A stretch of 64,000 nt of DNA, counting the filler, from Diploschistes diacapsis (lineage: Eukaryota), in the NCBI GenBank assembly GCA_023645945.1. It is 30 parts of 30 records of this genome, joined end to end, with 100 filler letters (N's around TTAATTAATTAA, not from the genome) between each part and the next. Parts side by side here need not be neighbours in the genome. Positions count along the whole stretch, not along the records: positions 13,406 to 34,399 come from JALAIB010000319.1; positions 34,500 to 35,886 come from JALAIB010003190.1; 28 more parts are not named here. One strand, written 5' to 3'. Positions 22,201-34,722 of this stretch are shown piece by piece. The notes under the pieces are model-generated. The model saw only the letters and a program-made list of their open reading frames with translations. It was not told where the DNA came from and did no database searches. A program made the position numbers and the translations under genes. The number at the start of each line of letters is the position of its first letter. Position 1 is the first letter of the stretch.

Positions 22201-23664
22201 ATGGTGATGGCTTCCACGTCAGCGTTCCTCCGCTTCTGGTGGGAGGGAAAGACTCGAGAGACTTTCCTGTCTTGCCTGCCCAAAGAGGATCTTGCCTCAC
22301 TTCGCCTAGCATGTCAGGACTTCGGAATGAGAGCGGCTCCTCACCTCTTCAAGGAGATGACAATTACCTTCCGACACAACGCTTTCACCAAGCCAGCCCG
22401 CATGGCTGCTCTTTATCGAGTTGGCATTTATGTACAGAGCTTGACCTTCAGGATGGTTCATTCCCAAGAGACATTCCTGCCGCCTTTGCTCGATCCTATA
22501 ACGGGAGAAGAGATTGAATTTGTCTACGAGCCCTACTGCCAGGTCGACCGAAATACGAACGACCGGTTGAGCATACCGACTTATGGATCTTGGGAGATGA
22601 CCGATCTCCTGGTCAAACAGTACCCTCCTCTTTTCCATGCAGCCGCCAACGTTCCTTCCTTCATCCACCTCTTCAGATCGCTTCCGAACGTTAACCATCT
22701 TACCGTTTCCACACCTGGCCAAGACGCATCTCAGCGCTATCGGCGGTCGGTAGTCGACTACGCACTAATCTCCCTCCGGATCGCTGTAGAGCGCGCTCCC
22801 TTGCGCCATCTTTCCTCGCTAGCCCTTCTCAACATCCATGCTTCGGCGGTCCACTACCTCAATCCAACAATGGGCCTCGGGGCCCTTCCTAACTCCGCTC
22901 GCCGTTGGCGCCAAATTCGAAATCTCACCATATACATGGACACGATCCCTCACGACCCGTGCCTTCGGAATCCGATAGACACCGGCACCGACCACCTCAA
23001 GCTTCTACATGCCTACCTTCAAACCTTCGCCTCCACCCTCGAGCGCCTCACCTTCCACTGGTACGGCCCGAAAGGCCTCTTCCCCCTGGCACTCTCTTCA
23101 GAGCAATGCCTTCTCCCTCCGTCTCCTGGCCTCGCCTGTCCCCGCCGCTGCCACCTGGCCCTCCGCCCACTCAAATTCGAAAAGCTTGTTTTCATGGAAG
23201 TCGATAACGTCACCACCTCCGCGAGCCAGGTTTCCTCCTTCATCCTGGCCCACCGGCGCTCCATCTCCGAGTTCAACTTCGAAGGCACCACGCTGCGCGA
23301 AGGGACCTGGGACGACGCGCTCGCGCCACTGACGCGCATGAGCGGCTCCGAGACATGGAAGGGGAAGGCGAGGGAGGTCATGGACGTGCCGTTAGTCTTT
23401 AGTAGCCCGGTGGAGGATCTACAGAGCCCGGCGGAGAAAGAGGCGAAGAGGAGAGAGTGGAGGAAGAGGCAGGAGAGGGAACGCGAGAAGGAGAGGCAGA
23501 GGTGTCCGACACCGTTGCTGAGCAGTTTGGGCGGGATGTGGGGGCTCGGGAAACCGAGCGATTACGCGTGGAGTTGTGAGAGTCCGGCCGTTGGGAGGGC
23601 AAACGGGACGCTGAGGGAGCAGATCTCAAGGCTGTTGAGACCGGCAAGGGTGGGTTGGAGATAA
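22201..23664 (+). CDS. Conserved-looking fungal hypothetical protein, 487 aa, F-box-like N-terminus
   Basis: Long intronless ORF with coding-like composition. FLSCLPKEDLASLRLACQDF resembles the end of an F-box motif and is followed by LRR-like strands (VQSLTF, VNHLTV, IRNLTI, LERLTF). Confidence 0.8.
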   Translation: MVMASTSAFLRFWWEGKTRETFLSCLPKEDLASLRLACQDFGMRAAPHLFKEMTITFRHNAFTKPARMAALYRVGIYVQSLTFRMVHSQETFLPPLLDPITGEEIEFVYEPYCQVDRNTNDRLSIPTYGSWEMTDLLVKQYPPLFHAAANVPSFIHLFRSLPNVNHLTVSTPGQDASQRYRRSVVDYALISLRIAVERAPLRHLSSLALLNIHASAVHYLNPTMGLGALPNSARRWRQIRNLTIYMDTIPHDPCLRNPIDTGTDHLKLLHAYLQTFASTLERLTFHWYGPKGLFPLALSSEQCLLPPSPGLACPRRCHLALRPLKFEKLVFMEVDNVTTSASQVSSFILAHRRSISEFNFEGTTLREGTWDDALAPLTRMSGSETWKGKAREVMDVPLVFSSPVEDLQSPAEKEAKRREWRKRQEREREKERQRCPTPLLSSLGGMWGLGKPSDYAWSCESPAVGRANGTLREQISRLLRPARVGWR

Positions 23665-25721
23665 GTGGAAGAACTGGGGTGTAGGGTAGGTGGCAAAGGT
23701 GATCTCTTCTTGACATGCGCCCTTGTTGACGTGTTTTTTTTTCTTTCGGAACGATCTTTTTATTGTATATAGCGAGCAGTAATTATTTAATGAATGTTAT
23801 GATTAAGTTACATGAACCTGCTAATCGCAACTTTGCACTGCTATCCAATTTGCACGCTGATATACGGGATCGCTTGCAGGACTTCATCATACTATAGACA
23901 ATGCACCCTACTCTTCAATAAGCTGTTATTGGCCACCGCGCAAATGCTTCCCTTAAGTTGTCTTATCTAGCAGAGTCTTCAAGCTACTCCGTTCCGCAAA
24001 TGTTCTACGTCTACATACAGTAGCCAAAACTTTGCTTTCGAAAGCAGGACGTTATGCTACATTTCAAGTGGAGTAGACTACATTATGTGCTTAAACCGCT
24101 ACCACACGACATGTCCAACCTTCCTTTGGCACAGCGAAGCACACAAATGAATTGTCTTTCCTTCAATTGCACAGCCATACAAGTCTTCCGTCGTCACATC
24201 CATTTCGATTCATCTTCATGCTTTAGAGCTATATTTCCAAGGTTGTATTTCTATGGGTCTCTGTCAGTGATGCGTGAAGTGTCTGTTTACTGGAATCGTT
24301 CAATCTTGTCTGGTAGCACGAGTCTATACCGAAAAGGTTTGCGTTTACGTCCGCTTGATACATTGATCGTGTTATTATAGAATACTATGACTCGGGATGG
24401 ACGTCCTTCAAGAGGCTCTAGGAATATAGGAAGGGTTCAGCCACGTTGCTGGCTCTCCCAGTCTGCGGCAACGACTAGCTAAACTCTGGGATCAATGGAA
24501 ACTTCACAGAACAGGCCAAGGCGCTATAATGTATGTTTGCAATACGGCAGAGCTTTGAGGTTGGTTCGCTGGCTCTCCTCAGGGTTTATTTATATCAGTC
24601 CGGATCAGAACAGAACGTGTCTGATCTTTCTATGACTAACAAAACTGCAAACGAAGACGCGAAGAAGAAATCAAACATCACGCTCATTATGTGGTATCTA
24701 AAAGCTGTCCTAGAGATGTCTGATTACTCTCTTGCAGAGAACAAAGGACTGAGGGAAACACAAACAGCACGTATTGCACATTACATGCTCATGGCCCGAA
24801 GTTCTACTATCTTAAAGACAATGCCCGAGGATACACATTTCGCTAAGAGCTTTGGGATCGAGAAGATGGAGTGGACGAGAAACCTCTCGGCGAAGCTATG
24901 CAAGATCCGTTAAAAACCAGCGCCAGCTTCCAATAATCTTAGCATTCTTGCTACCGTCTTTAGGCTCTTGCCTTGACTGGTCCCTAATGAGCAACATTTT
25001 GGAGCTACAACAGGAAAAGTTAACGAAAACTCGACTACAGCGTGCAACTATCAAGCATATTAAATGTGTGCTGGGTATTATTTACGGATACGCTGCACTC
25101 CTTTAGATCTGGTCCACGGTCCTTTGAGGTCCGTGACAGTGTGCTAGTAGAAAAGAATCAGGCGAGAAAGTTTCTATACGGAAAGGATGTTGCCCGCTTA
25201 GACAAATATAACAACCGAGACTCAAACTGCATGCTGGACTCGCACTGCAAAGATGCTCACTGTGACAGACATGGCTTTCCTTGATATATTTACACCTTTT
25301 TTTGCCAGTACCTGCAGAACGCGTCCTTCATCACTTGCCCTGGGCTTTTGAGTTGACACGGCCAACTAGCTAGCTTACCATGGTCATGTCAGCGCACTGT
25401 CCCATCACTACTCCCTGAATTCTTAAACAGGCTGCTTTTGAACGGGTAGGTGCTTTCCATGAATTTAGTCTGCTTCATGATGAGTCGGCTGTATCTACTT
25501 TTTCAATTTTCTTTCTTGATATACCTCTTTAAAGACAACATCGGTTGCGGTTTTAAAAACCCAAATACTATTCTTCGTCCCGTCTGAACCTAACATATCA
25601 TGCTACCATTCATTTGTCTTTTCTATAGGTCAATACAATAAACTTCCAGATGAGCTTTTCACTTAGCTCCTTGGGTTCTCGATCTTCCCATATTTGAGCT
25701 TCAATACTTTCTGCTCTTAAC

Positions 25722-26435
25722 ATGGCTTCTTCCTCGCAAGATTGGCGCTTCGAGAGACAACTACTAATCGACGGCAACGGAGGAACTGCGCCGAATAACC
25801 AACGGGACTCTGACAGCTCGCGGAGCAGATTGCCAACGCTGGCAGACATGCGACGTCTTCAAGGGGGAGCACCCTTTGACCAGGTCATCAACGTGCCAGG
25901 GTATTATGCCACAGCGGGCCCAGCGAGTTACGCCCATCAGTATTTCAGGAACTACGGCTTGCGAGATGAAGTTCCCAACGTCACCAGATTCGGGCCGCAA
26001 CCTCCATTATCAGACTCATTTCTCATAACACAACCGGAAGCTCAAATAGCTTCGGTCCCAACTTTCAGCTCAAGAGGCCAGGAGCGGTTATATAGCGAGT
26101 TCATGGTTGGATACGGTGGAGTCAGTGGCCTTGAGGGCTATCAAGCTGCTCCATCGAGTGAACTTATGATATATGGCAACGGAGCCAACCATAATCTGCA
26201 GTATCCTTTTACTTACTATCCGAACGAATTGAGCGCATTTCACCCTTTGTACGCGGAGTCACAGTTACAGTCAGCGTCCCAGAACCCTTCAGCTCCAGCC
26301 GAGCAGCAGAATGAGGAATATTGGTGGCTATCTGTCGATCAACAGCTGTTGCGATATTATCAGGCGCGGGTCTCTCGGGCCCGGGCACGAAACGTTCAAA
26401 GACACTGCGGTACCGTCTTAGTGATAAGCCCATAA
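25722..26435 (+). CDS. Possible orphan/hypothetical protein (237-aa ORF; 3' end may be spliced or degenerate)
   Basis: ATG in a good context (AACATGG) after an AT/pyrimidine-rich upstream region, with a low-complexity Q/P/Y/S composition. No domain recognised. Confidence 0.4.
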   Translation: MASSSQDWRFERQLLIDGNGGTAPNNQRDSDSSRSRLPTLADMRRLQGGAPFDQVINVPGYYATAGPASYAHQYFRNYGLRDEVPNVTRFGPQPPLSDSFLITQPEAQIASVPTFSSRGQERLYSEFMVGYGGVSGLEGYQAAPSSELMIYGNGANHNLQYPFTYYPNELSAFHPLYAESQLQSASQNPSAPAEQQNEEYWWLSVDQQLLRYYQARVSRARARNVQRHCGTVLVISP

Positions 26436-27188
26436 GGATGGGGCAAGAATAAGAGGATGACAACGCTTCTATCGCACCCGCTATGAGGGTCTACGCAGGG
26501 GCAGTACCCGAGATACGTTAGTGTTTTTGGTACCAGTAGCTTAATCCTAGTGCTGTAGACTCTCGAACAGCGATGGGAATGACGAATTTGGAGAGTTCGT
26601 CAGCGCTGTTGGTGAACCGGACTCAGCTGAGCGATGGCTTGGCCCGGGCTCTTATAAGTGGCCACTGCTATGACAGAGCTGGCTCAAATTATCAGGGCCA
26701 GACTCAAGCAGGAAAAGGCCAGGGCTGAAGGAGATGAGGTCGGGCTCGATAATGATATGGGAGAGAGTGCTACACGCTGTATGCATCGACGGAGATTGCT
26801 GCGAGGCTGGGCAGGCGTTCCTCCAGAATCAGCTATCAAGAACCCGAAAGTCAATAATTTGAAATTCTACGTTGACAGACAGCCCCGCTGAAATCTGATG
26901 CCGTCGGTCTTATAATAGGTAGTAATAGAAGTAAATGTAAGTCGCGTACTGCAGTCCATATTTGCATATTGGGGCATATCCCCAAGTTTCCGCCAAGCCT
27001 CATCTGCCGAGGTTCAACTGCAAGCGGCAAGGCTCCGGTCTCTGGTCCGGGGTAGAGTATTGCTTCCATAAACCTTCTTGACCTCTCAACAATCTACGTG
27101 CTTTATAACACCTGCAGTCTCTGGCTCCATCTACAAGAAACACCTGTTGCTAAGTTTCCCGCCGGATCCCGGTCGCGCAACAAGCAGA

Positions 27189-27755
27189 ATGTCTCTCAAA
27201 AACGGTAGGTGTCACTGCTCATTGTCCATAGTATATCCTTTAAAAGTCCCTCTAAGTCTCTATCACTAGATGCCTTCCCCTCTTCACAGGCCTTTGAGCT
27301 CATCAACAGCGCCTTCCAATCCAATGACGCGGAGCGACAAGACGCTATCAAAAACGCCCAGGCCATCTTCGCTTTCGCTCTGAAGAACTCTGCGGGTGCT
27401 ACGGAGAGCTGGCATATCGACCTCAAAGAGAAGGGCGTAGTGGATAAGGGAGAGGCGCCGAGTGGAAAGAAGGCTGATGGTGAGTGCTCAACAGGATTTA
27501 CAATATAGTACCGGGTCTAGGGGAGCCCTGGATATCCCACTAGAGTTGCTGCAACGTGGTGAATACGACTAACCATACTTGATACTCTTAGTCACTCTAC
27601 AGCTTTCCGACACCGACTTCGGCAAACTCGTTTCTGGGACGGCCAAGGCGCAGCAGCTGTTCATGTCTGGGAAGCTCAAGCTCAAGGGGAACATGGCGAA
27701 GGCGTTGAAGCTGGATCCGATTTTGAAGAAGGCACAGACAAAGTCGAAGCTGTAG
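27189..27755 (+). CDS. SCP2: Peroxisomal sterol carrier protein 2 (SCP2 domain, POX18-like), 129 aa, 3 exons
   Basis: join(27189-27204, 27270-27479, 27592-27755), 390 nt. MSLKNDAFPSSQAF...WHIDLKEKG...ADVTLQLSDTDFGKLVSG..AQQLFMSGKLKLKGN, with C-terminal PTS1 SKL. Confidence 0.93.
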
Positions 27756-28463
27756 ACACAAGATGAGTGGAAGGGTAGAGCGATGTGTTATAGCTTGTTT
27801 ATTGTTTTGGGATATACTGGCCTGCAAAAGGATGGCACCCTTTACGGAGCTATTTTGTATATACTTTAGTTCCTCGGCGTGATACAGAGATTGGAGGGAT
27901 ATCTAGGACAGGTCTTTTCCTATTAGCATGGAGTTCCCTTCTGGTTGTGTCAAAATCTGATAAAAGCGTACCAAGGAACTCTTTGATGTTTTTGTGATGT
28001 TTCTAGACAAGGTCTGATCTTGGTGGTGATAGTTTGAAAGGAAATGCAATGGGTCTGTCTAGGTGCACGATGATCCTGCTTTGCTACAGTGTTTCTAAGC
28101 ACCTAAAAGCAATAACTCCCACCACCGTCAAAGTATCTTGAGTGAGATCTCGTTGAACTGAGGAGCTGGTACTAACGGATGGTATGATCTATATAGCAAC
28201 GGATGGGGCGTAACGACTTATTTGGCGTTGACACGTGCGCCAAGAAAGTTCAAAGCGTGTTTTTCTTCAAAGCAAAAGCAACAGCAACAGCAACATGATG
28301 CGCAACACCATCAGAGATTATTTACTGCATCTCCATATTTTTCGCTTTTGGTCGGCTTGATCCTTGATCGCAACGCGCTTCAAGGCGTTCTTCTTCTTCT
28401 CTGATTTCCATTCAATAATCTCGATGGTCCTGGTGTTGCTGCCACAAGTGACCGAAGTCAAAC

Positions 28464-31400
28464 ATGTCGAAGCGCGGTGCAGAATTTCAGATGGATTCGA
28501 CAGGGCGAGGATTCAGTGGAGATGGGTCCCAAGCTGTTAATCCAGCAGATGTACCTAAGAGGGCATCAGCGGCCACTCTGGCAGGGAGAAAGTAAGTGGT
28601 ATAAGAATAGTTGTTCCAACCTGAGCCCTATGTGTTGTATACAGACAATGCTCTCAAGCACCTTTAACCCTTGGTCGACACCCATCAATCGAAGTAGAGG
28701 TTTAGTCGGGCTGGCACAATATTAATGTGCTTACGATTTCAACAGGATTGCAAAACCTCGAGGGGTGCGAGGAAATTCGCCAAGTACAGGAGCGCCTTCA
28801 TCGTTTACACAACCTGCATCTGAACAGACCACGATGAATGGAAACTCGAATCCAGGCTTTGGCTCTGCTCCTTCTGCCTCCTTTGGCTTTGGCAACCAAA
28901 ACGGCACCTCTAACACCTTTCCTCAATCCTCAGGAACCTCCATGTTTCAATTTGCAAGCACGGCAAAAGCTGCCCAGCTTACACCGGCTGAAGCTCCTGT
29001 CGCTGGGGGTTCAACTTTCAACTTCTCTGCATCCCAAACAGGATTTTCAAATCCTTTCCAGAACCCCTCGCAGACCCAATCTCCACCTTCCTTTGGTGGG
29101 AATTTTGCTGCGTCCAATTTGTTCGGACAGTCTGCTCCAGCTCAAAAGCCATCAGTCTCCTTCGATTTTGGAACTACAAATACTTCCTTTAACGCACCTC
29201 GACCAGCTTCACCACAACCCGGTGCAGACACCATCGGTACTCAACAGGCACCGTCACTATTCACTCTCAACACCATGGCCTCCCCCGGTCCTAGCTCCTC
29301 TACCCACAGCAGGCCAGGAAGCAGAGGATCGGTTCGAAGTCGCACCAATCGGGAATCGGGGCTTGCGAAGAGCCCAGTCAAATTCATTCCCCTTAAGCCA
29401 TCGGGGCTACCGGTCGAATGGAATGAAGACCCAGCATGGCTTGCTTCAGTAGGTGATGCTAAGAAAGAAGAGACCTATGCATCTAAGCATCACTATGTGC
29501 GGATCTCAGAACAGCAGCTTTTGGCTACTCCTCCAACCGTAGCCCAAGGTGCCAAGTACATATCGATTTACAAGGCAGAGGCTGCGTGGGCAGCTGGCGG
29601 ACCCTCAGCGACGGACCAAAGCACGAATGATCCAGCACAGCAGCCTCAGGCTTTTACTAAAGCCAACGGAAACCTCTTCGGAACGCAGTTTTCTAATCCC
29701 TTTGGTCTATTCACGGGCACGAATGCTAATCCTTTTATGAACGCAAGCTCATCCACATCATCTGCCCAAACCAGCTCAGCATCCCCAGAACAGAACCCTT
29801 TCGCGAAGTTTACGAACGCAAATCCAAGCTCTACAAACTTTACTACGCCAAGTCAGGCTCCCAGCACGAGCATGTTCACGACATCTTCTACCCCCGCAAC
29901 AACAAAGCCCGCAAGTTCAGCCCAGAATCAGAGCACAAATCTGTTTGCAAATGGGCAGAAGCCTACTTCCACCTTATTTGGGAACACCGAGACCCCAAAG
30001 CCGCAGAGCAACCTCTTTGGCACGGCGCAGACTCCAAGTGGGGCGTCGAATCCGTTTGGTGCGTTTACACCACAGGCATCCAAGGGACAAGAGCCGGAAT
30101 CAAATACAGAGGCAAATACAACGAAGCCATTGTTCAACTTTGGGGCTCAATCCTCAGGAACTCCGTCGAACATCTTCCCCAGCGCACAGACACCTAAAAA
30201 AGCTTCTTCAAATATGTCCGGAAGTGCACAAACGCCCAGCTCGGGTACCGGACTCTTTACCAGCACAGAAATAAAACCCCCGAGTTTCAATCTTTTTGGG
30301 AATCCGCAAGGGCGTACTGCCAATGCAAAGGCTCAACCTACCGAGATACATCCGTCTTCTCCAACAACAGAAGGGAAGATAGAAGCTGTTCCATTGCCAC
30401 CTGCAAGTACACAAGGGAACATATTTGGGGACGCGCAAACTCCGTTGTCCAAAGGAAATTTGTTCGGCAAACCTCCTACATCTCCACAAGATACCACGAT
30501 GATATCGCCTCCTCAATCTGAGGCAGCCGAAGCTCAAAACGACTCAATAGATGCAAGGCTAGCCCAGGCTACAGGCCAGACCGGCAGAGAGCAGCCTCCT
30601 TCATTATTTGGGAGTATCGCTCAACCGGAGCCTAATTCAAATGCTGGCAAGACTCTCTTTGACCGAATATCGCGACCCGATTCACAAGCCGGCTCACAGC
30701 CCAGCGCTGGACAACCAAAGTTTAATTTTGGAACGCCAAGTGCCCGGTCTCAAAGCTCATCGGCTTTCAGTGATCCGTCTTCACAGCCATCAGCTGCCGG
30801 AGCCTCGAAAGTATCTGAACCCAAACCGCAAATCCCTGCATCCACAATTCCTATGAAGCCTTCTACGCCCTATGGTATGGACCAAATGGTATCAAAAGTC
30901 TCAAGTGTTTCTGTCCCAACGCAAGAATCCCAAGAATATGCGGCCAGCGTATCCCAGCAGGAACCTTCACCACCCCAGCAGGAACCTTCACCATCCCAGA
31001 AAAAGCCTGCAGCACCCTCGGCACCGTTGGCTCCTTTGCCCGAGAGTTACACTCGGCATCTTGACGCATTACAGTCTGGGGAGTTGTCCCAAGCACGCAT
31101 AGTTGAGATTCTTCTACACGATTGGTTAGTAACTATATTACCACCAGAAGAAGCGCTCGATGAGTGCAATGACCAGCCTGGACTGATATGGCAATGGCGT
31201 CATCGAGAATTACAACGGGAGTGGAAATTATATATCGATACGTTTGGGCCGATGGACCGACACATGCTGGAGACCTTTCGAGTTGTTCAATCGCTCCAAA
31301 TTGCTTTGGACACTTATTCTGGCAAACAAAATGACAGAAATAAGCTTTGGATCGATGCAAAGTACTTTGACGAAATACTAATCAAGAAGAACGCGAAGGA

Positions 31401-33852
31401 AAATTTGGAGAAGTGGGCGAAAAGGAGCGCGACACAGGGCGAATCTGATCCGGACCCTTCGAAGAAGAGGAAATTGGATGACCAGGAAAAGGAGGAGCCA
31501 CTGGGAAAGAAGCAAAAGTACCACGACGTCTCATATCCGGCACTTCCGGAGACATCGTCTAGAACAGCACATTTGTTTGCGAGCGTGGCCAACGCAGCTA
31601 GTTCATCCTCGAAACCTGAGAGTACCTCGAATCATTCCTCTTCGCCTTTCAATGCTGCACCTGCCGCACAAACCGCGAAGCAAGCAGAGTCTCCGGTCAA
31701 AACCTCGAAACTGTTTGCGAACGCTCCGGTCGCTGATGCTACCAATCCTTTCTCGAACGGCCCCAAGCAGCCCACTACCAATCTCTTCGCGAATCCTCCT
31801 AAGCAGCCCTCCACCAATCTTTTCACGAATCCTCCTAAACCACTCTCTAATAACCTCTTGACCGATAGACCTGAGCAGCTCTCTACGAACCTCTTTGCAA
31901 GTAGCAGCAAGCAACCGTCTAGTAATCTCCTTTTCGGCGCTACACCGAGCAAAGCGTCAAGCGAGAAATTTCAGCTGTTCTCCGGAGCGTCACCAGCGAA
32001 GTCCGGGCCGCTGTGCGCTCAACCTTTCACCGACCCGATCGAGCGGCCACAGAAAGAAGAATTCAAAGTGCCAAGCTTTGGCAGCTCGACCGGATCCGAT
32101 TCCACATCGCAATCTACCAAAACTGCGGAGCAAACTCAGAACAAGGAAAAATCGAAGCGCAAAGCTGGTGATTTTGGCTCCGACGAGGACAACAAAGAGC
32201 AATGGGAGAAGAAGGATCAGGAGGAGCAGCGTGCTAAAAGGGCTCGCCTCGAAGAGGCTACCTCGAAGAAGCCATTCGGTGTGCCTACGTTTGGCAGTTC
32301 CGCTGCGACCGATTTTACGGCACAATTTGGACAAAACGCCAAGATGGACGAGGACAAAGAGAAGGCTAAGCGGAAAGCCGAAGATTTTGATTCAGAGGAT
32401 GACGATGAGGCAGAATGGGAGAAGAAATACGAGGAAGAGAAGCGCGCTAAGAGGGCCAAGATCGAGGAAGCGGCATCGAAGTCGAAAGGTTTCGAATTTA
32501 AGCCGAGTGGTGATTCTGCAACAGCAAAGCCATCATCCAGCGTGCCGCAATTTGGCGCCTCAACTGGCCATGACTTTACGGCTCAATTCGGTCGAGCCGC
32601 AACCAAGACCGCCCAAGATGCGAAGCGCAAGAGGATGGAAGAAGATTACGACTCGGAAGAAGAGACCAAGGAGCAATGGGAAGCACGCTACGCAAAGGAG
32701 CAGCAGGCTAAGAAGGCCAAGATTGAAGAGGCAGCAAAATCAGGCACACAGTTCCGATTTCAAAGTACTCCGGCTACACCCGATCCCAAGAGCCAGGGTA
32801 GTCAGACGGCCGGTTTTGGAAAGGAGCCAGCTGCAGAAGCGGTTCCGCGCAGCACCACTCCGCCAACTGAGAAGAAACCCGAGCAATCTACGAGCCTATT
32901 TGGGGATCACACTTGGAAGCCAGATACTCCTATCAAATTCGGCGGTTCCAGCGCGGCACCGGCCGTCAGCATTACAGCACCCTCGCCCCTGAATCCTAAT
33001 AAAGGTCTCGGCGAGTCTGTTTTGGGATCAGAAAACGCGGGAAAGCCGGCTCCTCGCAGTATTTTCGACACATCTTCCATCAGCAGTGCGCCCTCAATTT
33101 TCACTCAAGGCGCATCCCCCAAACCTGATTCCCCAAGCAATGCACCTGCACCATCCATCTTCGACCAAGTCAAACCCGCCACCGCCACCTTCGACTTCAC
33201 AAAACCCACAGCTGCCTCTGGCCCTTCTCCTCCCGCAACCGACGGCTGGAAAGACTTCCTCTCCGGAAAAAACAAGCCAGCCAGCCCCTTCACCGCTGCC
33301 GGTTTACAAGCCGCATCAGGCTCTCCTGCACCATCGTTCTTCGGGTCCCTCACCCCATCCCGCGCCGTCTCCCCCGCCATCTCAGCGGCAACGCACAGCG
33401 GCGCCGAGACGGACACGGGCGCCGAGGATGCCGCCGGCGGTGGGGAGGACGGCAGTTTCCCCAAAGACCCGCAGCTCAACCTGGCAAGCGCGAACGCGGG
33501 TGAAGAAGAGGAGGACCTGCTCTTCACCGTCAAGGCAAAGGTACTGGAATTTACGACGCTGCGGGAGGGCGAGGAGAAAAAGTGGCACATCCGTGGCGTG
33601 GGCGAGCTGAGGGTGCTGCGGAGCAAAGAGACGAGGAGCACGAGGGTGGTTGTCAGGCAGGAGGCGAGCGCCAGGGTCTTGCTGAATGCGGGGCTTTTGG
33701 GAGGTGTGAGCTATGGGCTTGCGAGCGGGAAGAGCGTGAATTTCACGGTGGCGGGGAGCGATGGGTCTTTGGGGCGGTGGTTGATCCAGGTTGGCAAGAA
33801 AGAGGACGCGGAGGAGTTGAGCGGGATGCTGGAGGAGAATAAGGGAAACTGA
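28464..33852 (+). CDS. NUP2: Nup2/Nup50/Nup61-type FG nucleoporin with C-terminal Ran-binding domain, ~1744 aa, 2 exons
   Basis: join(28464-28591, 28746-33852) with a 154-nt GT-AG intron, in frame. NUP50-like N-terminus MSKRGAEFQ...PKRASAATLAGRKIAKPR; many FG/FNF/NLFG repeats; RanBD-like C-terminus GEEEEDLLFTVKAKVLEF...WHIRGVGELRVLRS...RVVVRQEASARVLLNA. Confidence 0.88.
31765..31944 (+). repeat. 36-nt coding tandem repeat (about 5 x KQP(S/T)TNLF(A/T)NPP) in the nucleoporin
   Basis: Units visible in both the DNA and the ORF translation. Confidence 0.8.
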
Positions 33853-34499
33853 GGGCGTGAGCGAGGGGTTTGGGGGGGATTGATGGATCGATGTTTGAGT
33901 GTGGAAGAAAGACTTGGGTGCTGCTGAGGGGTAAGAGGATTTGATTGATAACTTTACGGTTGTGGTTGTAGTTGTACGTGCAAGCTTGCAGCATTCGGAG
34001 CTCGGGCAAAGTAGAAAGCACGAGAAAAGAAGAGGGACTCTGCAATTGCGCATCGAGGCTTGCTTCTTTCTTTCTGCATCTATGTTCCTAATTTCGCCTA
34101 TGCATGTTGCTCTGCCTCCAAATCGTCGACCTTGAGCACTGCGGTATCTGGCCGATCGCTGCGTGCAAGACTTGTTTCTACTTTTTACAGAGGTCAGGCG
34201 GAATCCCGTCAGTCAGTGAGCTAGTCAAGCATCACCGAACAGCAGCAGCAGCGAACAGCGGCTCAGCACGGCAGACCCCAGGGTTCGATTGTTTATTTCG
34301 TCCAGCGTCTTGATTCCGGGAGCGAGGGCATTGGGGGGGGGCATGGATACCTTCCTACTGGGATTGCTTTTACTTCAAGCTGGTCTTGTTCCTTGGGGAN
34401 NNNNNNNNNNNNNNNNNNNNNNNNNNNNNNNNNNNNNNNNNNNTTAATTAATTAANNNNNNNNNNNNNNNNNNNNNNNNNNNNNNNNNNNNNNNNNNNN

Positions 34500-34651
34500 C
34501 TTATTTAAAAAGAATAATTTATATGCAAGCCTTTATACTTATGGGATTCTTTAAGCCTTACAGGCTTGAGCTATTCCCAATCTGGATTAGCAGGAACCCA
34601 TGTGGGTTCAGTTGAACCTCCCAGCCATGCATTCTGCCTGCCTGCTCAACA
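34500..34651 (-). mobile_element. Copia family C LTR, truncated by the contig start
   Basis: Ends CTGCCTGCTCAACA; an inverted copy of 34723-34910. Confidence 0.8.
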
Positions 34652-34722
34652 ATTATTATAATTAACGTGTTTGACGGGGATTCCGGCCACTTTTGCCAAG
34701 AAATATTTGAAATCATTAATAA

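Noticed and set aside
25478..25587. Possible box C/D snoRNA (ATGATGA ... CTGA)
   Set aside because: There is no convincing terminal stem and no rRNA-complementary guide that I can recognise. A covariance-model search would be needed.
31895..34053. Alternative-frame and antisense ORFs over the nucleoporin (365, 223, 178 aa and others)
   Set aside because: They are by-products of biased, repetitive codon usage in the main ORF.
13406..34399. Gene contig as cargo of a Starship or other giant element, or as a horizontally acquired island
   Set aside because: It is bounded by artificial spacers, contains housekeeping genes with normal introns, and has no tyrosine recombinase captain gene.
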